NCBI GenBank assembly: GCA_050012475.1
Contig: JBEKHC010000050.1
Location: 1-36,205 of the forward strand
Direction of reading: 5' to 3'
Source of the DNA: Candidatus Velthaea sp.
Lineage (GTDB): Bacteria > Vulcanimicrobiota > Vulcanimicrobiia > Vulcanimicrobiales > Vulcanimicrobiaceae
Length of the DNA stretch: 36,205 nt
Below the pieces are notes generated by a model. The model was not told where the DNA came from, did not search any database, and saw nothing but the letters and a program-made list of their open reading frames with translations. Shown here piece by piece: positions 16,134 through 25,502 of this stretch. The first letter of the stretch is position 1, and the number at the start of each line of letters is the position of its first letter. A program made the position numbers and the translations under genes.

Positions 16134-18270
16134 ACGTCGTCGCTGCCGCCTGAAGCACGAATAGCAGCAGCGAATGCGCGGTGGTTTCGTACGCATCCCC
16201 GGTCTCGAAGACGGAGTGCGGAACGGTTTGTTCCTGATTCGTGTCGATCAGCAAGGCCCAGCTCGACCCGCCCGCGCTCTCCGGCAGCGTGAACGAAACG
16301 ACGTCGTAATGCGCGTTGAAGACGATGAGGACCGTCGCATCGCTGCCCTTGAGCCGAATGCCCGTCGGCTGCGCCCGGCCGTCGATCATCATGCCGAAGC
16401 AGTGCGTCGACTCGTCCTTCCACGTCTCTTCGCGCATCTCGACGCCCGAAGCGTCGATCCAAGTGACGTCCTTCACGTCGAGTTCGGCATTGTACTCGCC
16501 GGTGAGAAAACGGCTTCGGCGCAGGATCGGATAATCGTGTCGTAGGGTCGTCAGCCGCGCGACGAACGCGATCTGCTGCCGCGCGAGGTCGTCGAGATTC
16601 CAGTGCACCCAACTGATGTCATTATCTTGACAGTACGCGTTGTTGTTGCCGCGTTGGGTCCGCGCGAATTCGTCGCCGGCGAGCAGCATCGGCGTGCCCT
16701 GCGCCAGCAGCAACGTCGCGAGCATGTTGCGCATTTGTTTGCGGCGCAGCGCAAGGATCGCCGCATCGTCGGTCGCTCCTTCCGCACCGCAGTTCCACGA
16801 GCGATTGTTCGAGCTGCCGTCAGCATTGTTTTCGCCGTTGGCTTCGTTGTGCTTGTCGTTGAACGTTACGAGGTCGTTGAGGGTGAAGCCGTCGTGCGCG
16901 GTCACGAAGTTGACCGACGAGCGCGGTTTGCGCCCGCGCCGATTGAAGAAATCGGGCGACGCGCACAGCCGTGGCGCGAGCGCCGCCGCCGGCGCCTCAC
17001 CGCGCCAGAAATCGCGCACGGTGTCGCGAAAGCGGTCGTTCCACTCCGCCCAGCCGGGCGGAAACATCCCGACTTGATAGCCTCCCGGCCCGATATCCCA
17101 GGGCTCGGCGATGAGCTTGACCGAGTTCAGAACCGGATCTTGCCGGCAGGCTTTGAGAAAGCCGCTCTCGTTATCGAAACCCTCGGTCTCGCGTGCGAGA
17201 ACGGTCCCGAGATCGAAGCGAAAGCCGTCGACGCGCATCTCGTTGACCCAATAGCGCAGACTGTCGGTGACGAGTTGGATGACGCGCGCGTGCGAGAGGT
17301 TGAACGTGTTACCCGTTCCGGTGTCATTGATGTAATAGCGCTTCTCATCGGGCATGAGGCGGTAGTACGAGGCATTGTCGATCCCGCGAAACGACAAGGT
17401 CGGTCCGCGCTCGTTGCCTTCCGCCGTATGGTTGTACACGACGTCGAGCACGACTTCGATCCCGGCCTCGTGAAAGCGCGCGATCATCTCTTTGAATTCG
17501 GCCAAGATCCGGTGCGCACCATGCGCGTAGCGCGGATCGGGCGCAAAGAAGCCGATCGTATTGTAGCCCCAGTAGTTGGTAAGTCCTTTTTGCAGCAGCA
17601 AGTCGTCAGAAACGAACGCGTGCACGGGCAACAATTCAACCGTCGTGACGCCGAGCTTCTTGATGTAGTCGACAACAGCGGGTGAGCCCAGCCCAGCGTA
17701 GGTTCCGCGCAGATCCTCGGGCACGTCGGGATGAAGCTTGGTGAAACCGCGCACGTGCGCTTCGTAGATAACCGTCGATTCCCAGGGCACCACACGCCGC
17801 GAGCGCTCGGCGTGCCAGTCGAAGTTCTCGTCGACGACGACGCATTTGGGAACGAACGGCGCGCTGTCGCGTTCGTCGTACGAGAGGTCTTCATCTTTTG
17901 CGCCCAGCGTGTAGCCGAAGCAGGCGCCGTTCCACGTCAAGTCGCCAACATGCGCCCGGGCGCACGGATCGAGCAGCAGTTTGTTAGGATTGAAGCGGTG
18001 ACCGTTGTGCGGCTCGTACGGGCCGTGAACGCGATAGCCGTAAATGGATCCCGGTCCGATGTTTTCGAGATAGCCGTGGTAGATCTCGTCGGTGTACTCG
18101 GGCAGCGTGATGCGTTCGATTTCGTGCGTTCCCGTGGAGTCGAACAGGCACAACTCGACCTTGGTGGCATGTGCGGAAAAGAGCGCGAAATTCGTTCCCC
18201 GGCCATCCCATTTGGCGCCCAGCGGAAAGGGCAAGCCCTCACAAACGACGGTACGAGCGGCAACAGTCAC
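16132..18270 (-). CDS. glgX: Glycogen debranching enzyme (isoamylase)
   Basis: PLGAKWDGRGTNFALFSAHATKVELCLFD, NYWGYNT, DVVYNHTAEG, DGFRFDL, LIAEPWD, NFVTAHDGFTL and TQRGNNNAYCQDN. GTG start. Confidence 0.97.
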   Translation of the reverse strand: MTVAARTVVCEGLPFPLGAKWDGRGTNFALFSAHATKVELCLFDSTGTHEIERITLPEYTDEIYHGYLENIGPGSIYGYRVHGPYEPHNGHRFNPNKLLLDPCARAHVGDLTWNGACFGYTLGAKDEDLSYDERDSAPFVPKCVVVDENFDWHAERSRRVVPWESTVIYEAHVRGFTKLHPDVPEDLRGTYAGLGSPAVVDYIKKLGVTTVELLPVHAFVSDDLLLQKGLTNYWGYNTIGFFAPDPRYAHGAHRILAEFKEMIARFHEAGIEVVLDVVYNHTAEGNERGPTLSFRGIDNASYYRLMPDEKRYYINDTGTGNTFNLSHARVIQLVTDSLRYWVNEMRVDGFRFDLGTVLARETEGFDNESGFLKACRQDPVLNSVKLIAEPWDIGPGGYQVGMFPPGWAEWNDRFRDTVRDFWRGEAPAAALAPRLCASPDFFNRRGRKPRSSVNFVTAHDGFTLNDLVTFNDKHNEANGENNADGSSNNRSWNCGAEGATDDAAILALRRKQMRNMLATLLLAQGTPMLLAGDEFARTQRGNNNAYCQDNDISWVHWNLDDLARQQIAFVARLTTLRHDYPILRRSRFLTGEYNAELDVKDVTWIDASGVEMREETWKDESTHCFGMMIDGRAQPTGIRLKGSDATVLIVFNAHYDVVSFTLPESAGGSSWALLIDTNQEQTVPHSVFETGDAYETTAHSLLLFVLQAAATT

Positions 18271-18298
18271 CGCTCGTTCCTACCCCGGCACAGCAGCC

Positions 18299-18449
18299 TT
18301 CACACAACCGCCGCGCCCGGTGCTTGGGCGAATCCGCCCCGCGCATCCTGATCGCAACGCCGCTGCCAGCGTTCACGCAACCGCCGCGCCCGACACTAGG
18401 GCGCATCCGCCCGGCGCATCCTCAGCGCAACGCGTGGACCGCTGCCAGC
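18299..18449. repeat. Imperfect direct tandem repeat, period about 73 bp
   Basis: TTCACACAACCGCCGCGCCC...GCATCCTGATCGCAACGC-CGCTGCCAGC (from 18299) versus TTCACGCAACCGCCGCGCCC...GCATCCTCAGCGCAACGC-gtggac-CGCTGCCAGC (from 18372). Confidence 0.8.
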
Positions 18450-21235
18450 TTGATGATGTCGTGCCGCGAGCGGCCGCCGACTTTCGCCAGAATGGCGCGT
18501 ATGTGACTTTCGACGGTGCGCTCGCTGATGCCCAATTCATCGGCGATTGCGCGATTCGAGCGGCCGTGCGAAACGAGGAACAGCACTTCGCGCTCGCGTT
18601 TGGTCAGCGGGGCTCCGGGCAGATCGATGGCCGCCGGCGCGCTCAGCCGCGCGATGGTTCCCGAACTGCCGATGCGCAAGGCGATCTCGATCGCCGCCGC
18701 GCGCTCTCCCGCGACCTCGTACGCCTCCGCCGCCCACAGCGGAAGGCCCAGCAGCTCGAAGCGCCGCGCCGCGCTCACCCCTAATGCGAGCGGCGATCGG
18801 CCCCCGCGCCGCAGGCCGTAGGCGTCGAACAATTCAACGAACGCCGTGCCATAGGCAGGCACGGCGTGATTCGCCCAGTCGGCTAGGCGTTCGCGCGCAA
18901 GCACCAGATCCGCCTCCGCTCCGTAGGCCGCCGCGGCGACGGCAAGTTCGTGCGCGTTGACCAGCGTGGGCAGCACCGCTAACGCACGACCGATCAGCCG
19001 CTGCGCGTCGGCCGCCCGGCCCAAACGTCCGAAGCGCTCGGCGAAAACGTAGGCAAGCGCTCCGATCCACCACGATTCGCACGAAAAGAACGCCGCGTCG
19101 AGCGCGCTTTCATCCGCGTAGCGTTCGTCGAGTGCCGGATCGTCGAGCGCCCGTGCCAGGATCAGCCCAAAGTACGTCAGGCGCGCGTGGACGCGCGGGG
19201 CGTCCAGACCAGCCGCGGCATCTTCGGCTTCGGCGAGCCGGCGGCGGGCTGATGGAAGGTCACCGGCCTCGGCGCTTAGCACGCCGCAATCGGCCAACAC
19301 GGTCGGGCGATACAGCGGCACCGTGATTTCGTCCGCCAGCCGCAGCGCCGCGTCGGCGGCGCGGCGGGCGACCTCGAGTTCACCCAAGGCTTTCGCGGTC
19401 CGGCCGTAATTGCAGAACAGCCGCACGGCCAGCGCCGTGCTGCGCTGGGCGCCGGGTTCGAGTGTGGCTTCGCGGTACCGCGCCAGCGCGGCGGCCGAAC
19501 GCCCCGCGGCAACGTCGAGCGCCGCCCGCGCTTCGAGCATGTCTTGCCGCGCAAGACTTGCCGCCGGCGCATCCGCCGGTCCAAGGCGCTGCAAAACGGC
19601 ATCGGCCCGTGCGGTATCGTCGCGCCTGGCCAGCGCCAGCGCCGTCCGTGCGAAGGCGGCAAACCGGACGGGACGGTCGGCCAGCGATTCGACCGCTTCG
19701 AGCCCCGCCGTCAGCCACCGCAGCGCGGCGTCGCCGTCACCGCGCACCACATATTCGCGGCCGATGGCACCGCACAATTCGGCGATCGACTCGCGGTCGC
19801 CGGTCTGCACCGCCGACGCGTACGCGCGCTCGTACACGTCGCTCGCGCGCCGCGACCAGCCGCTGGCGCTGAACGCGGCGCCAAGTTTGCGCTCGAGTTC
19901 CGCGCGCCGCGGATCGTCCGCGCCGGTGCAGCTCAACGCCCGTTCGTAGGCGAGCGCCGCTTCGTTCGACGCCAGCCGCACGATCGCGTCGTCGCCGGCA
20001 CGTTCGTTGTAGTTCAGCGCCGCGTCGCGATCGCCCGCGGCCCACGAATGATACGCCAGCGCCGTCAGGCAGCGCATCGGCTCGGGCAGCACCTGGAGTT
20101 CACGCACGATGCGGCGGTGCATACCGCGCGCTTCGGCGCTGAGAATGCTCGCATGGAGCGTTTCGCGCACCAGCGCGTGGCGGAAAGCCAGGTGGCCTTC
20201 ACCGTCTTCGACGATGAGCTGCAGCGCTCGCGCATGCCGCAGCGCAAGCAAAATCCGCTCCAGCGGACGCTGGGTCAAACTCGCCAGAAACGCCGGTTCG
20301 AAGCGGCTGCCGAAGACCGCTGCTTCAACGAGAATCTCGCGATCTTCACGTTCGAGCCGTTCGATGCGCTGGGCGAAGATTGCGGAGATCGTCGGCGGCA
20401 AGCCCAGCGCGCCGGCAGGCTTGGCCAGCGCCGACGCGAGCAATTCCTCGGCGAACAGCGGATTACCGTCGGCGAGCCGGCAGATCGCGTGGAGTTCGGT
20501 CTGCGCGAGACCTTGCGCACCCGAAGCGGTCCGCAGCATGGTAAGCGTTTGCGCGCGCGTCAAGGGTTCGATGTCCAACGCGTGCACCGCGCGCTGGCGC
20601 CGCAGCCCAGCGATGAGCGGCGAGAACGGGGCGGCGTCGCCGGGCTCCGTGCGGGTTACGACTAGCAGCACGACGTTGCTGTCACCGGCTTTCCCGGCAA
20701 AATACTTGAGAAATTCAGCCGTCGACACATCGGCCCAGTGCGCATCCTCGATCGCGAGCACCACCGGGCGGCGCTCGCCGAACCGGCGGAACAGCTCGGC
20801 GATCGCGGCGTATTGCGATCGTGCGCCTTGCACGTGAGCGTCCGGCGCATCGAGGCTTTCGAGTTCGGGAACGATGCGCGCCAGTACGCGGCGAACGGTG
20901 CGCGCGACGGTCAGAATCGACTCATCGCACGCGTGCAGCGTGCGCACGATATCGGCCAGCGGACCGAGCGGCGACCGCGCGTGCTCGAAGCAAATGCCCT
21001 TGACGTGCGCCATCGTGGCTTTCGTGCCGCGGATTAATTCGTCGACCAATCGCGATTTGCCGATGCCGGCCTCGCCGTTGATGAAGATCAGCGAACCGTG
21101 ACCCAGCCGCGCGTCATTACAACGTTCCTGCAAAAATTCCAGTTCGTCGACCCGCCCGACGAACCGCGTCGCTCGAACCGCTTCGATCACACGCGCTGTG
21201 CGAACCGCCGGCTGCCACGACAATGACGTCGACAT
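18422..21235 (-). CDS. Large AAA-ATPase / TPR-like / LuxR-HTH transcriptional regulator (LAL/MalT-like)
   Basis: FVGRVDEL, Walker A GEAGIGKSRL, Walker B LAIEDAHWAD, DGNPLFAEEL, FRHALVRE, and C-terminal LTKREREVL...GRSNRAIADELGISERTVESHI. Start 21235 (alternatively GTG 21190). Confidence 0.92.
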   Translation of the reverse strand: MSTSLSWQPAVRTARVIEAVRATRFVGRVDELEFLQERCNDARLGHGSLIFINGEAGIGKSRLVDELIRGTKATMAHVKGICFEHARSPLGPLADIVRTLHACDESILTVARTVRRVLARIVPELESLDAPDAHVQGARSQYAAIAELFRRFGERRPVVLAIEDAHWADVSTAEFLKYFAGKAGDSNVVLLVVTRTEPGDAAPFSPLIAGLRRQRAVHALDIEPLTRAQTLTMLRTASGAQGLAQTELHAICRLADGNPLFAEELLASALAKPAGALGLPPTISAIFAQRIERLEREDREILVEAAVFGSRFEPAFLASLTQRPLERILLALRHARALQLIVEDGEGHLAFRHALVRETLHASILSAEARGMHRRIVRELQVLPEPMRCLTALAYHSWAAGDRDAALNYNERAGDDAIVRLASNEAALAYERALSCTGADDPRRAELERKLGAAFSASGWSRRASDVYERAYASAVQTGDRESIAELCGAIGREYVVRGDGDAALRWLTAGLEAVESLADRPVRFAAFARTALALARRDDTARADAVLQRLGPADAPAASLARQDMLEARAALDVAAGRSAAALARYREATLEPGAQRSTALAVRLFCNYGRTAKALGELEVARRAADAALRLADEITVPLYRPTVLADCGVLSAEAGDLPSARRRLAEAEDAAAGLDAPRVHARLTYFGLILARALDDPALDERYADESALDAAFFSCESWWIGALAYVFAERFGRLGRAADAQRLIGRALAVLPTLVNAHELAVAAAAYGAEADLVLARERLADWANHAVPAYGTAFVELFDAYGLRRGGRSPLALGVSAARRFELLGLPLWAAEAYEVAGERAAAIEIALRIGSSGTIARLSAPAAIDLPGAPLTKREREVLFLVSHGRSNRAIADELGISERTVESHIRAILAKVGGRSRHDIIKLAAVHALR

Positions 21236-21440
21236 GGACGGAATGCCAGGCCGGCTCCGGGCGCCCGTGCCGTTCGGCACGCTTCCAACATGTTTCCCAT
21301 CCTGAAGATTCCCCGCTCAATACGAGAACGGCCCTCCGCTACAGAATACGACGATCTGGCGGAACGCGTCTGCCGGCGCGGTTTTCGCGCCGAGGGACGC
21401 AAGTCTTGCCGGATGGGGCCCGCCACGCTATGGCATTGCC

Positions 21441-24209
21441 GTGCCGCGCGCGAAGAAGCGTGCGTCAGAGGAGTCTGGGGTCGTTTTGATTTCGGCACCG
21501 GTATTTTGTCCAAACTTTGTCGGCCGACGCCACGAACTTGCGTTCCTTATCGAACGCCGGCGCTCGCTTGCGGGCTCGCGCGGCGGGATCGTGCTCGTGG
21601 GCGGCGATGCCGGAATCGGAAAATCACGGCTGCTGCGCGAGTTTTTGGATCAAACCGGTAAGTCGCGCGGACGCGTCGCCGTGGGACGCTGCCGGTCGTT
21701 CGCAAAGGCCCCGTACGAACCGCTTGCGGAGCTGCTGGCGACCTTGGCGCCGGGGGCCGCGCTGCTCGTCCCCGCGCGCACGCTGGACGCCCAACTCAAA
21801 TCGCTGGCCGACGCGTTCTTGGATCTGGCCCAGAAACATGCCATCGTCGCAATCATCGAAGATCTGCACTGGTCCGACAGCGCCACGTTAGCCGTGCTCG
21901 GATTGCTCGCCGAGCGGCTCGCAACGAGCCGAATGCTGCTCGTTGCGACGTATCGTTCGAACGAATTGAGCCCCGAGCATCCGAACTTCGTCGACTTCGG
22001 CGCGCTGCAGCGCAGCCGCAGCGTCGCGAGCGTCGTGCTCGGCCCGTTGAACGCGCAAGAAACGCGCGATCTCATCGACGCAACCCTGAGCAACGCGCCG
22101 GGCAACGTCGGAACCGACGTTCGCGGTCAAGTCGCGCACATTACCGAGGGCAACCCCTTCTTCACCGAAGAGCTGCTCAAAAGTGTCGTCGACCGGCAGC
22201 AGTCGCAGCAGTCCGATCGTTCGTTGCCTACAACGGTGCACGCCGCGATCCTCGAACACATGCGGCCGCTCACGCCGTCAGACCAAGCGGTGCTCACCCA
22301 AGCGGCCGTCATCGGACGCCAGTTCGACGCGAACTTATTGGCGCACACGCTGGAAACCGATATGGACGGCGTTTTGCCGGTGCTGCAGCGCGCCCGTGCG
22401 CTGCAGATCGTCGAAGAAACCCCGGAGCCCACGGCCTTTCGGTTTCGTCACGCGCTCACGCGTGAAGCGATTTACGATCGGCTCTTGACCGCCCAGCGGC
22501 GTCCGCTGCACCGCCGGATCGCGCTGACCCTCGAAGCGCAAGCCGCCTGGGGCGCGGCGCCCGATGCCTTGGCCTATCACTGGTGGGCAGCCGGCGACCG
22601 CGCGAAAGCGCTCGAGTACGGCGAGCGGGGCGGCGATGCCGCCCAGGCGCTGCACGGTTACGCGGATTCGATCGCCTGCTACGAACGCGTCCTCACGCTG
22701 CTCGACCCAAACGATCGCGACGCCGCGCGCGTGCGCGCAAAGATGGGAACGAGTTATTTTCGCGCCGGCTCGATGGATCGCGCAATCGAACACTTTCGTG
22801 CCGCATGGACGTTTTTTCGAACGACCACGGACGATGCCAACTTTGTGTTGCGGCTCGCGCGATTTCTCGCGGCCGCCCTCTACAACGACGGGCACACGCG
22901 CGAAAGCACCGTCTTCTTTCGGCAGGCCGTCGAGACGGTCGTGCGCTGCGGGGATCGCCGCGCGAGCGAACGCGCGCGGCTGACCTTTGCGACGTACCTC
23001 ATCGACTCGGGCGAGATCGAGGAAACCCGCGAGGTGCTTGCCGCCATCGATGCCGAGCTGCTCGATGACGACATCGGACTGACGATCGCCTATTGGCAAA
23101 CGTCCTGCCGCGTCAGCGCATTGCAAGGCGATGCCGGCGGAGTGCGCCGCGCAGCAGAACGCCTCTGCGCGATCGGCGGCGATCCGGCCGATCCCCCCGC
23201 GTCGATCGAAGCCTACGCGGAATCGGGGATCTCGGCGCTCATGGTCGGCGAGATGGCCACGGCGCGCACCTGCTTGCACCAAGCAGTCGACACGTGCGTC
23301 GCGCTCGGTCTGACTGCCTCGCGCGGCGATCTGCTCGTCGAGTGCGCGCTCGAACGCGTCCTCAGCGGTGCGCTCGAAGAAGCGCGCGCGCTGGTCGTGA
23401 CGGCCTTGCCGCTGATCGGTGAAGGGAAGCTCGGCCGGCACCGCGCGATTCTGGCTGCGCTCGCGGCCGGCACGGCACTCGAGGATCGTTCGCTGCTCGC
23501 CCACGAACCCGACGCCGGACAGCTGGAGCGCGTTTTCGAGACCGACTTGCCGCTGGTTTACGGCCCGCTGGCCGCGCTGTGCGCCCAGCTCCAAGCCGCG
23601 CGCGGAGAGCACGCCGTGGCACGTCGTCTGCTGCGCCGCGCGATGCGCGCCGCGCGGGGCTCATCCACGGCATTCGGCACCTTTCCGCTGGCGATCGTCG
23701 CCGCGCAGCACGTCGAGGCCGCAGACGCGGCCGGCGTGCGCGCCTTGTGCGCGCGCGCCCCGGGCGGCGGCCCGGTTTCCGATGCTGCGGCAAACCTCGC
23801 TGAAGCGGTTCTGCAGCGGCGTTTCGGCGAGCCGGAGGCGGCGCGCCGAAGCGCGGAACGCGCGGCCGAAGGTTTCGCGGCCATCGGCTGGCCGGTCTAC
23901 GAAGCGCTCGCACGGGAAACGGCCGGGGACGCCGCCGGAGCACAGCGGATCCGCGAAGGCATCGGGTATCGCGGCATCGCCGGCGGCCGGCTCGGGCCGG
24001 GTCAGGGCGCCGGCCAAACCGAGCTTACGCCGCGCGAACTCGAGATCGCCCGGCTGGTTGCTGCCGGCGGCTCGAATCGCGCCATCGCCGCAGAACTCAA
24101 CGTGTCGGTGAAGCTGATCGAGAAGCACCTGTCGTCGATCTACGCGAAATTAGCGCTGACCTCGCGCAGCCAGCTCACCGCGCGAATAATCGCCGACGAA
24201 CGCGGCTGA
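21441..24209 (+). CDS. Large AAA-ATPase / TPR-like / LuxR-HTH transcriptional regulator (LAL/MalT-like)
   Basis: FVGRRHEL, GDAGIGKSRL, IIEDLHWSD, EGNPFFTEEL, FRHALTRE and LTPRELEIARLVAAGGSNRAIAAELNVSVKLIEKHL. The start may be TTG 21486 after GAGGAG. Confidence 0.92.
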   Translation: MPRAKKRASEESGVVLISAPVFCPNFVGRRHELAFLIERRRSLAGSRGGIVLVGGDAGIGKSRLLREFLDQTGKSRGRVAVGRCRSFAKAPYEPLAELLATLAPGAALLVPARTLDAQLKSLADAFLDLAQKHAIVAIIEDLHWSDSATLAVLGLLAERLATSRMLLVATYRSNELSPEHPNFVDFGALQRSRSVASVVLGPLNAQETRDLIDATLSNAPGNVGTDVRGQVAHITEGNPFFTEELLKSVVDRQQSQQSDRSLPTTVHAAILEHMRPLTPSDQAVLTQAAVIGRQFDANLLAHTLETDMDGVLPVLQRARALQIVEETPEPTAFRFRHALTREAIYDRLLTAQRRPLHRRIALTLEAQAAWGAAPDALAYHWWAAGDRAKALEYGERGGDAAQALHGYADSIACYERVLTLLDPNDRDAARVRAKMGTSYFRAGSMDRAIEHFRAAWTFFRTTTDDANFVLRLARFLAAALYNDGHTRESTVFFRQAVETVVRCGDRRASERARLTFATYLIDSGEIEETREVLAAIDAELLDDDIGLTIAYWQTSCRVSALQGDAGGVRRAAERLCAIGGDPADPPASIEAYAESGISALMVGEMATARTCLHQAVDTCVALGLTASRGDLLVECALERVLSGALEEARALVVTALPLIGEGKLGRHRAILAALAAGTALEDRSLLAHEPDAGQLERVFETDLPLVYGPLAALCAQLQAARGEHAVARRLLRRAMRAARGSSTAFGTFPLAIVAAQHVEAADAAGVRALCARAPGGGPVSDAAANLAEAVLQRRFGEPEAARRSAERAAEGFAAIGWPVYEALARETAGDAAGAQRIREGIGYRGIAGGRLGPGQGAGQTELTPRELEIARLVAAGGSNRAIAAELNVSVKLIEKHLSSIYAKLALTSRSQLTARIIADERG

Positions 24210-24216
24210 CGGGACG

Positions 24217-24422
24217 CCGGGGATGCGCCCATTTCGTCTTGGCGAGGAGCGCATGGCGATGAAGCTTGCATTAACATAATGAGCCGCGCAGCGACGAAGT
24301 CCCGGGCGAGACGGGCCAGGGATGCGCCCATTTCGTCTTGGCGAGGAGCCTAGCGGCGAAGTTTGCGTGAGCAAATGAGCCGCGTAGCGACGAAGTCCAG
24401 GGCGAGATGGGCGCATCCCTGG
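24217..24422. repeat. Structured ~100-nt hairpin repeat, family B copies 2 and 3 (tandem)
   Basis: Two units begin GGGATGCGCCCATTTCGTCTTGGCGAGGAGC (about 24220 and 24319). The second is closed by CGAGATGGGCGCATCCCTGG, an inverted repeat of its own start. Confidence 0.88.
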
Positions 24423-24540
24423 TAGGGTTTTCCCTAATACGCGGGTTGCTCCGGCGCGGCTATGCTCCTGGTGCGCCACTTTACTGCTGCAAGGAGCAAC
24501 GATGCTGCAACTGCCCCCCGTCGATGCGATTTCTACCGCG

Positions 24541-25440
24541 ATGCCCGGCTTTGCGCGAAGGAGCGCGCAGCGTTCATCCCGTTCCCCGCTCGCACCGGCC
24601 GCCGCAGGAACCTTGCGGGCTTGGGCGTTCCGGGTCATCAAATATCCGTTGCTGGCGCGCTTCGCCGTTCCGTGGCGCTGGCCGCGCACGGTGCCGCTGG
24701 ATGCGTGGGAACGGATCGGTTTGCGCAGCCGCAGCGGCGCGACGCTGGCAGCGCTCTACGGAGCGGCGGAATCCGAATCCAAAGGCGTCGTCGTGTGCGC
24801 GCATCCGCTGCGCAAAGACGCGAAAGGGTATTTTCTGAGCAGCGGCCGCGCCGACATGCTGCGCCGCAACGGTTACGACGTGCTGCTCTTCGACTTCAAC
24901 GGTTTCGGCGAAAGCGCGGACGGCGACTTCAACTACATCCACGATGTCTTGGCCGCCGCCGACTATGCGTGCGAACGCGCTCGCGGCCTTCCGGTGCACG
25001 CACTCGCGGTTTGTTTCGGCGCCGTTTGGACGCTCGGCGCCGCGACGCTGGACCATCCGTTCAGCACGATCGTCGTCGAAGCACCGCTGACAACGATGCA
25101 AGAATTCTATGCGCGCCACCCGTTGGCAAGTGCATTCTTCCGGCTGTTGTGGCGATTGTTTCCGCGCAGCGCAGCGACCGCGTCGCCGATCGATTGCGCC
25201 GGAAACCTGACGGGAGCACCCAAACTGCTCATCATCGGCGGACTCGACGACGCGATCGCACCGCCGGACATGACCCGGCGGCTCTACGAAGCGTGCAACT
25301 TGCCCAGCGGCGCGCGCCGCATTTGGTACGTCGAGGGCGCCGCCCACCTGCGCGCGTTCGAGACCGCTCCGCAAGAATACGAAGCGCGGCTGACCGACTT
25401 CTTCGCTGCCGCCGTCGGCCGCCCGACGCTCGTTTGGTAG
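24541..25440 (+). CDS. Alpha/beta hydrolase fold protein with Cys at the nucleophile elbow
   Basis: GVVVCAHP, GYDVLLFDFNGFGES, elbow HALAVCFGA, acid LLIIGGLDDAIAP and His WYVEGAAH. Start uncertain (24502, 24541 or 24613). Confidence 0.85.
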   Translation: MPGFARRSAQRSSRSPLAPAAAGTLRAWAFRVIKYPLLARFAVPWRWPRTVPLDAWERIGLRSRSGATLAALYGAAESESKGVVVCAHPLRKDAKGYFLSSGRADMLRRNGYDVLLFDFNGFGESADGDFNYIHDVLAAADYACERARGLPVHALAVCFGAVWTLGAATLDHPFSTIVVEAPLTTMQEFYARHPLASAFFRLLWRLFPRSAATASPIDCAGNLTGAPKLLIIGGLDDAIAPPDMTRRLYEACNLPSGARRIWYVEGAAHLRAFETAPQEYEARLTDFFAAAVGRPTLVW

Positions 25441-25455
25441 CTCGTTGTCTCTACC

Positions 25456-25490
25456 CCGCAGCGGCGCAACCTTCGCCCGCGCCGCTGCGG
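25456..25490. other. GC-rich intergenic hairpin upstream of pirin
   Basis: 12-bp perfect stem CCGCAGCGGCGC / GCGCCGCTGCGG with an 11-nt loop and no U-tract. Confidence 0.5.
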
Positions 25491-25502
25491 TCGCAGAGCG
25501 CG

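Noticed and set aside
24217..24422. Tandem repeats as a CRISPR array
   Set aside because: Only two ~100-nt units, with conserved interiors rather than unique spacers, and no cas genes.
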